DNA of 39,366 bases, taken from the NCBI GenBank assembly GCA_001563335.1, contig LRSL01000009.1:1-39366 (forward strand), in the 5' to 3' direction. Each line of letters starts with the position of its first letter. The first letter of the stretch is position 1. Both the position numbers and the translations under genes were made by a program. The notes beneath the pieces are model-generated. The model saw only the letters and a list, made by a program, of their open reading frames with translations. It did no database searches and had not been told where the DNA came from. Shown here piece after piece: positions 26,147 to 36,904 of the stretch. Source of the DNA: Candidatus Thorarchaeota archaeon SMTZ1-45 (GTDB lineage: Archaea; Asgardarchaeota; Thorarchaeia; Thorarchaeales; Thorarchaeaceae).

Positions 26147-27105
26147 AGCTTCTTAATTTGTTTACTGCGTGAAAGCAGTACAACCCTGCTCTCAACCTGC
26201 TCATCCAGAAGATAATATCCTGTCAATGCTGCAAGCCTCTCTGAAAATGCATAAATCTCACGATGCGTGGGCACATTGTTCTGGTCTAGACGACCTCTTG
26301 AGGACCCTAGGAACATATACCCCTTAACTTCAATGAAGTCAGGTTCACCTATTTCGATGAGTCTAGAATAAGCTCGCTCATTATGCATGTTTCTATTTGC
26401 CACCATTGTCAATCTATTGACAGTTCTGGTGCTAAGAGACTGCAGTGTTTCTTGTGATTTCAGAATACGAGTCCAACCATCACGAAGGCCTGGTCTGCAG
26501 AGTGTTTTGTAAGTACTTTCATCAGCTGCTGCAAGTGTCACATATAGCTGCGTCGGTAAAGACATTGTTGATAATACATCTGGCTGAGTACCATTTGTCA
26601 CAAGAAATGATGTCATACCTCTTTGATGAATCTCATCGATGAGGTCACTTAGTAGAGGATAAAGTGTTGGCTCTCCTGCCAATGAGATTGCTACATGCTT
26701 TGGGTCTCTCGCTTCTTTGTACTTTCTCTCTGGAACCATTGCATTGACTTCAGGATTATATCCTCCAAGAGACCTCAGGTTTGCCATAAATACAGCATCC
26801 ATGAGCTCTTTAACGGGCATCACATCTGAAATAGACACATCTATCTGATTCCAGCTCACTCCAATATCTGAAGGAGTTATCCGCCAACAGAACTCGCAGC
26901 TCTGAGTGCACTTATCTACGACAGGAGTCATTTGAAGGCATTGGTGAGACTGGATTCCATAGAATCGTTGTTTGTAGCATGAGGTATCATGAAGAAGCGC
27001 TTTCTTTTGCCACTGACAAGCCTTGTAGGCACCTCTACTTCCAAGTAGATGGTACCCTTGTTTCTCGAGCTTTTCGCTCAACTCAATTGGCATGTCAGAG
27101 TTCAA
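26143..27105 (-). CDS. taw1: 4-demethylwyosine synthase (TYW1/Taw1), radical SAM
   Basis: CYKQRFYGI.SHQCLQMTP, CTQSCEFCWR, AISLAGEPTLY, EVKGYM..G.SR. Confidence 0.95.
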   Translation of the reverse strand: MNSDMPIELSEKLEKQGYHLLGSRGAYKACQWQKKALLHDTSCYKQRFYGIQSHQCLQMTPVVDKCTQSCEFCWRITPSDIGVSWNQIDVSISDVMPVKELMDAVFMANLRSLGGYNPEVNAMVPERKYKEARDPKHVAISLAGEPTLYPLLSDLIDEIHQRGMTSFLVTNGTQPDVLSTMSLPTQLYVTLAAADESTYKTLCRPGLRDGWTRILKSQETLQSLSTRTVNRLTMVANRNMHNERAYSRLIEIGEPDFIEVKGYMFLGSSRGRLDQNNVPTHREIYAFSERLAALTGYYLLDEQVESRVVLLSRSKQIKKL

Positions 27106-27165
27106 ACTTGGTCGAAGGCATGTCTATTGTATATCTTATCAGGGTTTGGCAATGTCCCTACATGG

Positions 27166-28425
27166 CTAAGACTTTCGTGAAGAAAGGTCTTCTGCGAAAC
27201 TCTCTTGAGTGCTCCAAGACCCTGTCAGGAGCTTTTTCCTTGATAGTTCTCCAAGGTTTCTTCTGCTCTCTGAGTCAAGTCTACCCGGAGGTTCATTCTC
27301 GAATGCACTACCAGGTAGTGGCATGAAGACATGTCCATGAGTCTTCGCTCCCATCCCAGCTAGAGAGTAACAGAGATCAATGCTCTCGCGCAACTCTGTC
27401 TTGGTTTCACCTGGTAGCCCGAAAATCATGTCCACATGTGGGATGAAACCACACTCTAGAGCAATGTCGATTGCAGCCAATCCTTCCTCAACCGTGTGGT
27501 GGCGATTAGCTAGTTTGAGAACCCGGTTGCTACTTGATTGAAGACCAATCTGAAGCGTTTTGTTTGCTATATATTCCCTCATCATTTCAAGAATTGGCTT
27601 AGTGACAAACTCGGGTCTAACCTCTGAGGGGAACGAGCCAAAGAAGACCTCTTCCAATCCTTCAATCTTGGTCACTGTTCTCAATAGCCTCTCAAGCTTG
27701 TCTGGTTCTACAGTGCGACCTCTACCACCGTAGGACAGAGCATTTGGTGAAAGAAACCATGTTCGATTGAATCCACTTTTTTCGACAGCTTTCTCCAGCC
27801 AATGAACGATAGCCTCTATAGACCGATTTCGTACCCTTCCCCCTGTAAGAAAGGGCGTGCAGCAGAATTTACAGGAATATGGACAGCCGCGCGTGACCTC
27901 AATTGGTCCTACAATATTCAATCCCAATGCAAAGGGGGGATACGCATCAAGATCAACAGGTTCAAGGTCTCTTGGCTTTGGACAATCCTCTGTTTCTTTA
28001 CCAACAACACCTGAGATACCAATAGGATCCATACCATTCATCAGATACCATAGTAGCTCAGGAAATGTCTTTTCACCCTCCCCTACAACTACATAATCAA
28101 ACCCACTCTCAAGAAGCTCCAATGGTCGTGCACTGGCATGCGCACCTCCACCTACAATGGTGACAGAGTTGCCAAACTTCTCTCTTACATATCTAATCTC
28201 CCTGTAAATTCGATTAGTCTGTGTGCTCATGACCGAATAAGCAATTATTGTAGAGCCCTTTGCAATACTCGCTCGTATCTTATTGGTAGTTATCCTTACA
28301 GGTGCTTCTGTAATAAGTTCGGAGAGTCGATGGTCTGTTTCAACTGCTCCCAGAAGAGCTGCCAGACTATACCTTGACGAAGAATGAGCACTGAAGATGA
28401 GGGTATGGGAATCCACCTGTTGCAC
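27166..28425 (-). CDS. B12-binding domain radical SAM protein (TIGR04013-like)
   Basis: GGAHAS, GEGE, EVTRGCPYSCKFC, FGSFPSEVRPE, FMPLPGS. Confidence 0.88.
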   Translation of the reverse strand: MQQVDSHTLIFSAHSSSRYSLAALLGAVETDHRLSELITEAPVRITTNKIRASIAKGSTIIAYSVMSTQTNRIYREIRYVREKFGNSVTIVGGGAHASARPLELLESGFDYVVVGEGEKTFPELLWYLMNGMDPIGISGVVGKETEDCPKPRDLEPVDLDAYPPFALGLNIVGPIEVTRGCPYSCKFCCTPFLTGGRVRNRSIEAIVHWLEKAVEKSGFNRTWFLSPNALSYGGRGRTVEPDKLERLLRTVTKIEGLEEVFFGSFPSEVRPEFVTKPILEMMREYIANKTLQIGLQSSSNRVLKLANRHHTVEEGLAAIDIALECGFIPHVDMIFGLPGETKTELRESIDLCYSLAGMGAKTHGHVFMPLPGSAFENEPPGRLDSESRRNLGELSRKKLLTGSWSTQESFAEDLSSRKS

Positions 28426-28430
28426 GCGCT

Positions 28431-29027
28431 CTAGTTGACAACTCGCTCAGCAATACCTTTCTCAGTCACACTCATGACACGGATTTCGCCACCTGACTGA
28501 GCATCTCTTGCGATACCAGCTTTGACTGCATTGATTGCCATCTCTTCAGCCTCCTTTACAGTCAAGGTTGGTTTGTATCCATCCTCAAGAACACCATATG
28601 CAGTAGCTATTCCTGACCCGGTCGCTGTGAAATCATCTGGAATTAGAGACCCTCCCATATCCAATGTGAAAAGCTGAGGCCCATCAGCATCTACTCCAAC
28701 CACAACAGTCTGGACGAATAATGGTGCCATGCGTCGTGCATAGAGAGTATTAGCCAGCATCTTTGAGAGAGCCTTTACAGTGATTTCCTTCTTCTGATTC
28801 AATTCATACAGTTTGATTTGTGCCTTTAGTCTGTTAACCAACATCTGATAGTCTGAGGTTAGACCTGCAGACGCAAGAACTATAGTATCTGTAAGCTTGA
28901 ACGCTTTAACACCTTTATCGGTCAAAACAAAGGTACCCCAAGTGATTAGTGAGTCAGTGGCCACTACTACGCCATCACTGCACTTTATTCCGACAACAGT
29001 TGCACCAGTTGGAAGTGACATTATCAA
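28431..29027 (-). CDS. psmB: Proteasome beta subunit, predicted non-catalytic
   Basis: VVGIKCSDGVVVATD, ATGSG, RDAQSGG; TG-ATVVG instead of TG-TTTVG. Confidence 0.9.
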   Translation of the reverse strand: MIMSLPTGATVVGIKCSDGVVVATDSLITWGTFVLTDKGVKAFKLTDTIVLASAGLTSDYQMLVNRLKAQIKLYELNQKKEITVKALSKMLANTLYARRMAPLFVQTVVVGVDADGPQLFTLDMGGSLIPDDFTATGSGIATAYGVLEDGYKPTLTVKEAEEMAINAVKAGIARDAQSGGEIRVMSVTEKGIAERVVN

Positions 29028-29116
29028 TAAGCCTCCGAAAGGGGAGCTAGTCTGTGTTGGTCACGTCCGCTCGTTTTAAAACGTTTGCGAACTGTCCTAT
29101 CTTGCCATGAAGGAGC

Positions 29117-30178
29117 TTGACTAAGTTGAGAAGACTCAATCCCTTTGCAAACATCCCAACTATATTGACTGCAGAGGAGATTATCAAGTTTGCTCATAAT
29201 AGGTCAACCAAGATTAGCATGAAAAGCTCGCTCAGAATGAAGAAGATTGAGCGAAGTCGCATCAGAGAAGTTGCCAGACTTCAAGAGTTTACAAAACAGG
29301 TCAAGACAAAGCTTTCCGAGGCTGTGGAGCAATTTCCCTCAGTGGAACGACTTCATCCATTTTATGTAGAACTATCTGAAATCCTGGTGGGCAACGACAG
29401 ACTAAAGCAGTCCCTAGGAGCTGTCTACAATTGTATTCCTCCAATTGATGATATCACTGACAAACACCTTCAAGCGATCAAACTCGCAGATGATTTTCGT
29501 CAGATGAAAAAATCAAGAAGCGCCGCCAAGGGACGAATCTCCTCAATTATCCGAGCAACAGCTGACAATCTGGACTTCATAATTAATGCGAAAAACACTC
29601 TCTCTAAACTCCCTGGAATCACACCCAACTCTCCAACCATAGTCTGTGCAGGGTTTCCTAATGTGGGAAAATCAACACTCGTGAAGGCTGTTTCTACAGC
29701 TGAGCCAGAGATTGCATACTATCCCTTCACTACAAAAAGTGTGATAATCGGACACTTGAAAGTGGACAATCACAATGTACAGATTGTGGACACCCCAGGG
29801 ATCCTTGACAGACCTATGGCAAAGCGAAATGAGATTGAACGTGAGGCAATTGCCGCGTTGAAGTACCTAGCAAATGTCATCATCTTCATGATCGACCCCT
29901 CAGAAACATGTGGATGGACATTTGACCAACAACTGAATCTATTGAACGAGGTCCAGAAGATGTTTCCAATAAACCCACTTTTGATAGTCCTGAACAAGAT
30001 TGACATCACTCCCGTCGAGAAGCTAGAAGAGGCTAGAAAGAAACTGCCTAAGTGTCATGAGATTGTAGCTTCTGAGGGAATTGGGGTTGAGAAACTGATC
30101 AAAAAAGCAGTTGAAGAGGTAGACCTGACTTCACTTCAAGAGTCTATTGATGAATATCTCGCATCTTTGTCAGAGTGA
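29117..30178 (+). CDS. Nog1-family (Obg-like) GTPase
   Basis: LHPFY, GFPNVGKS, YPFTT, DTPGILDRP, NKID. Confidence 0.92.
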   Translation: MTKLRRLNPFANIPTILTAEEIIKFAHNRSTKISMKSSLRMKKIERSRIREVARLQEFTKQVKTKLSEAVEQFPSVERLHPFYVELSEILVGNDRLKQSLGAVYNCIPPIDDITDKHLQAIKLADDFRQMKKSRSAAKGRISSIIRATADNLDFIINAKNTLSKLPGITPNSPTIVCAGFPNVGKSTLVKAVSTAEPEIAYYPFTTKSVIIGHLKVDNHNVQIVDTPGILDRPMAKRNEIEREAIAALKYLANVIIFMIDPSETCGWTFDQQLNLLNEVQKMFPINPLLIVLNKIDITPVEKLEEARKKLPKCHEIVASEGIGVEKLIKKAVEEVDLTSLQESIDEYLASLSE

Positions 30179-31231
30179 CAATCCTCTACCTTCCACGAGA
30201 ACAGTTCCAGGTTCTCCAGTTCTGCCCTGCACATCGATTCGTGTTCCTAGGACCTTCTTTACCGCCCAGATATTTGTCGTTAGATGGGATGTTACCATTG
30301 CCACACCAATCTTACTTGTTCCCTTTGCCATTGCTAGATAGGGGATTAGCATGTCACAAAGATGAGAATCTATTGCCTTTCCTGTTGAAACTTCGGCTAC
30401 CAATTGAGAGGCTGCATCAACTCCAACACTTTCTGCACTCTTCCCACGTTCACCAAGTTCGTCCGCGCCCATTCTGAACCCACGTTCTGATTGAGCCCAA
30501 ATCACTATACCACTTCCTGGCCCTAAATGTGGGTCTTCTTCCCTACTATAGGACTCACGAGCTATGTCTGGCTCAACCTCCAGATGCTTGATTATGATCT
30601 CCCCTGCAGATGCTGCCTGTCTTTCTGCTATATGCTCAGGCAAACGAACACAATGGGATATTCCTCCTACACTGCTGATATTTCCAAATTGAGTCCCCTC
30701 AAGTGGTTTGATACTATCCACCGGAGTTACTTCACATATTACATTTCCACCACCTCTGGGAAAATGACCGCGTTTTCTCTGAAGAATCTGTATCTTTGGC
30801 CCCAAAATCTCCAATGTGTGTACGAAGACATTGTTCAAGTAATCAATCGGTGGACTCCATTTCACATCTGTTCCACCTCGGAGCTTGAAGCTGATGGGTT
30901 CTGAGGACAATACTGCAGGAGGAAGTGCCGCCTGAAGAACGAGGGAGATTGAGCCTGCTGTACCTACATCATAGCTTATCGTACCGCCTCGACGTTGGCG
31001 TGGTACAAATTCTACAACCGTACTTCCTACTTGCAACCCCTTGATTTCAGCATCAACGATTTTTCCTGTGATCTCAATCCCAGCAATGTGCTGATTCTTG
31101 AGACCTGGCTTTGGTCTACCTGCACGTATATTGAAAACTCGAACTGGCCTCATGGTCAGTGCTGAGAGTGAAACCGCTGTGCGTAAAATCTGACCACCAC
31201 CCTCACCATATGAGCCATCTATTTCAATCAT
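30170..31231 (-). CDS. rtcA: RNA 3'-terminal phosphate cyclase
   Basis: IDGSYGEGGGQILR, RPKPGL, GGTDV, SHLTTN. Confidence 0.95.
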   Translation of the reverse strand: MIEIDGSYGEGGGQILRTAVSLSALTMRPVRVFNIRAGRPKPGLKNQHIAGIEITGKIVDAEIKGLQVGSTVVEFVPRQRRGGTISYDVGTAGSISLVLQAALPPAVLSSEPISFKLRGGTDVKWSPPIDYLNNVFVHTLEILGPKIQILQRKRGHFPRGGGNVICEVTPVDSIKPLEGTQFGNISSVGGISHCVRLPEHIAERQAASAGEIIIKHLEVEPDIARESYSREEDPHLGPGSGIVIWAQSERGFRMGADELGERGKSAESVGVDAASQLVAEVSTGKAIDSHLCDMLIPYLAMAKGTSKIGVAMVTSHLTTNIWAVKKVLGTRIDVQGRTGEPGTVLVEGRGLSL

Positions 31232-31335
31232 CTATCGAACCCTGTGAGCAATCTGTGAATCCTGTTAAGAACTTCTTCCTTTTGTCCCAGTACTAACCCT
31301 TATTTGTCATATGCGCCCCACCTAGAGCGATTACA

Positions 31336-31860
31336 ATGAGGTCGCTGTTTATTGGGCGGTTTCAGCCAATCCATATAGGCCATATTCATACAATCAAACA
31401 GATCTTGGCAAAGGAAGAAGACATAATCATAGTCGTTGGCAGCTCTCAATACTCTCACACCCCAGATAATCCGTTCACTGGTGGCGAGAGAGTGATGCTC
31501 ATAAGGCAGGCACTGATTGATGAGAAACTTCCCCTTGAACGTATCACAGTGATTCCACTCTCAGACATTAATATCCATCCGCTCTGGGTCAGTCACATGC
31601 GTTCCTTTGTACCTTATTTTGACAAGGCGTACAGCCACAATCCACTTGTCAAGAGACTACTGGAAGACGGTGGCATCAAGACCGATTCAACAAAGTTACT
31701 TGAGAGGTCAACATATAGTGCAAGTCATATCCGTGACTTGATACGATGGGGTAATGATGAATGGGAATCTCTTGTACCTAAAGGCGTGGCTGAACTGATC
31801 AAGAAACACAAGCTCGATGAGCGAATTCGAGAAGTAGGTGAAATTAGCACGAAGAAGTAA
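31336..31860 (+). CDS. nadM: Nicotinamide-nucleotide adenylyltransferase
   Basis: GRFQPIHIGH, NPFTGGER, WESLVP. Confidence 0.92.
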   Translation: MRSLFIGRFQPIHIGHIHTIKQILAKEEDIIIVVGSSQYSHTPDNPFTGGERVMLIRQALIDEKLPLERITVIPLSDINIHPLWVSHMRSFVPYFDKAYSHNPLVKRLLEDGGIKTDSTKLLERSTYSASHIRDLIRWGNDEWESLVPKGVAELIKKHKLDERIREVGEISTKK

Positions 31861-32012
31861 CTTTTCTTGACCAATCCTTTAAAAAGACACCACGAAAAAC
31901 AAAGATTTGGTGAACGTCGATGCTAGGTGAATACGTTCCGAAACTTCATTAAACCACTTATTCTCAGTCCTAGCCAGTTCCATGCATCAAAAACCACACA
32001 GAGGATAACAAC

Positions 32013-33491
32013 ATGAGTAACGAAAAAGACGATACGAAACTTGTCATCTTTGACATGGACAAAGAGAACAACTTCCCTGATTGGTACACCGAGATATGTA
32101 GAGTTGCTGAGCTGGCAGATGTCAGGTATGGCGTGAAGGGATTTACCCCATTTCTTCCTTGGAGTTTCATGAGCATGAACCTGATGTTTGAAATCTTAGA
32201 AGATGTACTCCAGCGAAAGGACCATCTGCCCATGTTGTTTCCCACTGTGATTCCTGAGAGCAATCTCACAAAGGAGGCAGAACATATTGAGGGGTTCACT
32301 CCTCAGGTATTCTGGATTGAAGAAATCGGCGCAGGTGAAAAATTGGAGGAGCGATTGGCACTAAGACCCACAAGTGAAACTGCAATCTACCCTATGTATT
32401 CACTCTGGGTACGTAGCTGGCGTGATCTCCCCATGAAAAGATACCAGCGATGTTCTGTCTTCAGATCAGAGGTAAAGAGTACACGTCCATTTCTGCGTGG
32501 AAGAGAGTTTCTGTGGATTGAGAGTCATAATGTCTATGCTACTCATGAAGAAGGAAAAGCACAAGTCATTGAGGACTTGGAAACCTCTAAAGAAGTCTGT
32601 ACAGATAACTTCGGACTACCTGTCATGGTGTTTCGAAGAAGCCAATGGGATAAATTTCCTGGTGGTTTGAACACATATGCTGCGGACACATTAATGCCGG
32701 ATGGTAAGGTGATTCAGCTCCCTTCAACGCATGACTTGGGTGATAACTTTGCCAAAGCCTTTGACATTAAATTTCTCAGCAAGGACAATGAAACAGTCTA
32801 TGCATGGCAGACGTGCTATGGACCTGCCATCTCGAGAATTTATGGTGCAATGATCTCTGTTCATGGCGATAATAAGGGCCTCAGACTGCCTTTCAAGGTC
32901 GCTCCCTATCAGGTGGTGATTGTCCCTATATTCAAGGGGAAAAACATTGACACTGTTCTAAAATATTGTAAAGACATCAAGAAGCTGTTGAAGAAGTCCG
33001 GAATTCGAGTTCATCTTGATGATAGCGACATGACTCCTGGTTGGAAATATCATTACTGGGAAATGAAAGGAGTCCCCATACGAGTAGAGGCTGGTCCCCG
33101 TGACATCAAACACAACAGTGTTGTGTTGTTCCGTCGAGATACTATGAAACGCCAAACTGTAAACTTGAAAGAAGTGAAAAAGAGGGTCGTAGCTCTAGGA
33201 AAAGAAATTGATGCTAACCTTCTCAAGATGGCTGAGGCTAAGTTTGAAGGTCTTATTGTCGATGCAGAACGCCTTGGGGAGATAGACGATGCATTGGACC
33301 ATGGGAAAATTGCACGAGTCCCCTTCTGTTCCATAGAGATGGATGCTTATTCCTGTGCTGAACAGATCGAGAAGAACACCCGGGGCGAAATCCGTGGGAC
33401 CCGAATCGACATCGATGAAGAACCTGAGGGAGTCTGCGTTGTATGTGGGAAGGTAGCCAAAGAGGTCGTTTATATAGCCCGCTCCTATTAG
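32013..33491 (+). CDS. proS: Proline--tRNA ligase (archaeal/eukaryotic type)
   Basis: KEAEHIEGF, LRPTSET, FLRGREFLW, C-terminal ARSY. Confidence 0.96.
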   Translation: MSNEKDDTKLVIFDMDKENNFPDWYTEICRVAELADVRYGVKGFTPFLPWSFMSMNLMFEILEDVLQRKDHLPMLFPTVIPESNLTKEAEHIEGFTPQVFWIEEIGAGEKLEERLALRPTSETAIYPMYSLWVRSWRDLPMKRYQRCSVFRSEVKSTRPFLRGREFLWIESHNVYATHEEGKAQVIEDLETSKEVCTDNFGLPVMVFRRSQWDKFPGGLNTYAADTLMPDGKVIQLPSTHDLGDNFAKAFDIKFLSKDNETVYAWQTCYGPAISRIYGAMISVHGDNKGLRLPFKVAPYQVVIVPIFKGKNIDTVLKYCKDIKKLLKKSGIRVHLDDSDMTPGWKYHYWEMKGVPIRVEAGPRDIKHNSVVLFRRDTMKRQTVNLKEVKKRVVALGKEIDANLLKMAEAKFEGLIVDAERLGEIDDALDHGKIARVPFCSIEMDAYSCAEQIEKNTRGEIRGTRIDIDEEPEGVCVVCGKVAKEVVYIARSY

Positions 33492-33516
33492 AGCAGAAGT
33501 CCACAGATATCCGGAT

Positions 33517-34542
33517 ATGATATTGGAGAATCGTGGTAACCATTTGGAAGTTGAGTGGATGAAAGTACTAGTTCCCTATCCTGATGAACTTGTCAAGATA
33601 TTCAAAACCATAATTGGTGACCAAGCTGAAGTTATTCAGTCGGAACGTACAACAGAGTCGATGCTTGAAATTGGTGGGGACGCGGAAATCATCGGGTCTG
33701 TCATCGTTCCTAGTGAATATATTCGAAAAGCATCGAATCTTCGTATGATTCAAACATTTGGAGCTGGAATCGATAGTGTAGACCTTGATGCTGTGAGAGA
33801 GCGTGGCGACATCATTGTCTGTAACAATCATGTCAACTCTGCTGAAGTCGCTGAATTTGCAATATCGTTGCTTCTCGCGGTTGCCAAGAATCTCATTCCA
33901 AGTGACAGAGAACTTAGAACTGGGAATTGGGTCCATAGATGGGGTGGTCCTGTTCCAAATATCGAGATTCGAGGAAAAAAAGTTCTCATCATTGGATTAG
34001 GTCACATTGGTGCTGATATAGCTAAAAGATTGAGGTCTTTTGAAGTCACAATTACTGCTGCAACTCGAAGTGGAACCTCAAGCAATGATAATCTTGTAGA
34101 TCATATTGTTGGTATTGATGAAGTAAAACCCCATGTTTCAGACTCAGACCTTGTAATCCTGTCCCTGCCCCTGACGGATGAATCTGAGGGTCTTGTTAAC
34201 AGAGAGTTCCTCTCCTGGATGAAACCAACCTCCATTTTAGTGAACATATCTCGCGCTCAAATCATTGACGAACAAGCACTCTATGAAGCGCTAAAGGAAA
34301 AACGGATTCATGGTGCAGGAATTGATGTGTGGTGGAGATATCCCACACAATGGCGCGGAATAGCAGTCCCACCCTCTGATGTACCATTTCACGAGCTCGA
34401 TAACATTGTAATCTCACCTCATAGAGCGGCATATTCAGCAAACACTGAGCGTGAATTGTTCCAGTTTGCAGCATCAAACATTCTCCGATTCATTCGTGGT
34501 GAAACTCCCTTGAACATAGTAGACCTCGAACGGGGCTATTAA
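33517..34542 (+). CDS. D-2-hydroxyacid dehydrogenase family (likely start 33559)
   Basis: GAGID, VAE, IIGLGHIG, LVNISR, SPHRA. Confidence 0.9.
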   Translation: MILENRGNHLEVEWMKVLVPYPDELVKIFKTIIGDQAEVIQSERTTESMLEIGGDAEIIGSVIVPSEYIRKASNLRMIQTFGAGIDSVDLDAVRERGDIIVCNNHVNSAEVAEFAISLLLAVAKNLIPSDRELRTGNWVHRWGGPVPNIEIRGKKVLIIGLGHIGADIAKRLRSFEVTITAATRSGTSSNDNLVDHIVGIDEVKPHVSDSDLVILSLPLTDESEGLVNREFLSWMKPTSILVNISRAQIIDEQALYEALKEKRIHGAGIDVWWRYPTQWRGIAVPPSDVPFHELDNIVISPHRAAYSANTERELFQFAASNILRFIRGETPLNIVDLERGY

Positions 34543-34615
34543 TCATCCAATGCAAAAAATGTAGGAGAACTTCTATCCCCCTATCATATCTGATTGTAAT
34601 AGGGAGTATGGTTTC

Positions 34616-36904
34616 ATGGAACGTACATTATACCTCAGTGAGTCGGAGAGTCAAGACTTTAAGGAAAGCCTCAATCATCGCAGAGGAAACAGTCAATATT
34701 CGGGGGACGACGCATTGACCCTAGAAAGTCTTTCAGAAATACCTGGCGTAGGTGAGAAAGTCAAGCAAGCCCTTATTGATCACTTCGGAAGCGAAACTCT
34801 AGCTCTCAAAGTGATCCATGACTCACGAGTTGACCTAGTAGCTGCTGTACCAGGCATTGGATCTAGACAAGCAGTCAACCTTGTCAAAGGCGCATTTGAG
34901 AAGGAATTTGGTGCAAGCTCTAACATGCTACTTCGTAGTCAGGACATCAGGAAAATATACGAGTCAACCCTTGAAATCATTCGAAGTTACGCAAATACGA
35001 CCTATGCGAAGGATAAACTATTCCTCTATTTTCCACTGCCCCCGGAGAAATTGGATGTCATTCTTGAGAGGCAGAAGTATTTCACAGATGCAGCTCAGAT
35101 GTCCAGAGAACTTACACATGACCAGCGAGAGAAGTTAAGGGACCTTCTGAGCCAGGTCAGAGGGCTCTATCGGCGGGTTAAACCACGTAGACTCGAAGGC
35201 CGTGTAATCATCACAAATGATGACAAAGTGTTTGACACATTAGTCAAGGATGGAGTTGATAGATGGTGTCCTGTCTATGTGCTATCTGAGGGTGAAAATG
35301 CTGCTGACTATGCCCACGGTTATGATTTGGTTCTATTCATATCGCCTCTGGGAATCTATGATGACTCGGTAGACATGCTTGATAATGTAGAGATCCTAGG
35401 AAAGGATTGGTCAATCGAGGATGTGCTTCCAGAGAAGACAGTGAGCTTCTATGCCCGTAATTATCGTGTGATTGATGCATCATGTAAGATTGTCGATGCG
35501 TTCAACGAGCTTCCGACGAATGACTCAGTCTACACTTTCACATCTGGACTAGACTTTGATCGACTCACAAAAGTGGGTGAGGTTCTCAGGAATTTGGATG
35601 AGGATGGTGACCTGGCTCAGGGTATCGATGCTGACCTTGATAGATACCGAAATGCGGTAAAGATATTCCCAACTGCAATAGCCGAAACTGAGGCATGGCT
35701 GAATGACGAAATAACCTCACGGATTTCAAAGAGTGAGGTCACACTTGGCGGTCAACAAATCATCAGTATCCTACAATCTGCTGACATGGAGGGAGCAGAT
35801 GGAAGTGCGTTGCGAAATATGTTGCCAGCTGAGATAGTTGAAACCTTCACAACAACGCTCCAAGAAGCCGAGGACAAGCTAGTTCAGTTGCTACGACTCA
35901 CACTACGAGAGGCTGATTGGGTGACAGGTATCATCAGTGAAGAGATCTCACTTCCTGTAAGGATGGTACCCAATCAAATCAATGATCTCGAGGACAAGCT
36001 AAGACGCAGATTCGCTGACAGGCAGTTCCGGTTAATCAAGAAGTTCGCAAATGAGCTTGATGAATTAAAGGAGGTCGTGACCCAGGCAGTCCAGACACTC
36101 CTTGAGTTTGATTTATTCCTCGCTGTAGGACTGTTTTCAGCGGACTATGCACTAAATACGCCTGAAATCTCACTTGAGTACTCTGGAGTTGGTGTTCAAG
36201 GAGCAACGAACTTATTCTTGATGGAGAGTTATCTTAGGGGAAAACATGGAGCTGTCGAACCTATCGATTATGCCATCGGAAAGACTCCCTATCAGCCTAC
36301 GGGCACGAATGGGGAGAACTGTGCAATCTTGTCTGGGGCAAACAGTGGTGGAAAGACCACTACAATTCAGACACTCGCCCAGATAGTTGTCTTAGCTCAG
36401 TCCGGATTACCAGTTCCTGCCAAGAAGGCATATCTCCCAGTCTTTGAGGAACTATACTTCTTCTACAAGAGTAGAGGCATGGTGAGTGCTGGTGCTTTTG
36501 AAACAACTCTGAAACAGTTTGCAGAGATTGTCGTTTCAGAAAAGGCGAAGCTGGCGCTCTTTGATGAAGTTGAAGCAATAACTGAGCCCGGAAGTGCTGC
36601 TAATGTCATTGCAGGGCTCATTGAGATTCTTCAGAGCGATCCCAAAACTTCTACAGTCATATGCAGTCACCTAGCCAGAGAGATAAATGAGGTGACTGAT
36701 GCTCCTATCAGAGTGGATGGAATCGAGGCTAGAGGGCTTGATGAAAATCTGGAGCTGATTGTAGATAGAACTCCCAAGTTTGGAATACTGGCACGCAGTA
36801 CGCCAGAGCTCATTGTGGAAAGACTTTCAAAACTAGCCAAAAGTCCCAAGAAGGAAGTCTACACTAAGATCTTGGAAAATCTCACCAGAGTTCGGTCCAA
36901 ATGA
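34616..36904 (+). CDS. Archaeal MutS-related ATPase with N-terminal HhH motifs (MutS5-like)
   Basis: IPGVGEK and VPGIG HhH; Walker A GANSGGKT; SAGAFE, LFDEVEAITEPG, SH. Confidence 0.85.
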   Translation: MERTLYLSESESQDFKESLNHRRGNSQYSGDDALTLESLSEIPGVGEKVKQALIDHFGSETLALKVIHDSRVDLVAAVPGIGSRQAVNLVKGAFEKEFGASSNMLLRSQDIRKIYESTLEIIRSYANTTYAKDKLFLYFPLPPEKLDVILERQKYFTDAAQMSRELTHDQREKLRDLLSQVRGLYRRVKPRRLEGRVIITNDDKVFDTLVKDGVDRWCPVYVLSEGENAADYAHGYDLVLFISPLGIYDDSVDMLDNVEILGKDWSIEDVLPEKTVSFYARNYRVIDASCKIVDAFNELPTNDSVYTFTSGLDFDRLTKVGEVLRNLDEDGDLAQGIDADLDRYRNAVKIFPTAIAETEAWLNDEITSRISKSEVTLGGQQIISILQSADMEGADGSALRNMLPAEIVETFTTTLQEAEDKLVQLLRLTLREADWVTGIISEEISLPVRMVPNQINDLEDKLRRRFADRQFRLIKKFANELDELKEVVTQAVQTLLEFDLFLAVGLFSADYALNTPEISLEYSGVGVQGATNLFLMESYLRGKHGAVEPIDYAIGKTPYQPTGTNGENCAILSGANSGGKTTTIQTLAQIVVLAQSGLPVPAKKAYLPVFEELYFFYKSRGMVSAGAFETTLKQFAEIVVSEKAKLALFDEVEAITEPGSAANVIAGLIEILQSDPKTSTVICSHLAREINEVTDAPIRVDGIEARGLDENLELIVDRTPKFGILARSTPELIVERLSKLAKSPKKEVYTKILENLTRVRSK

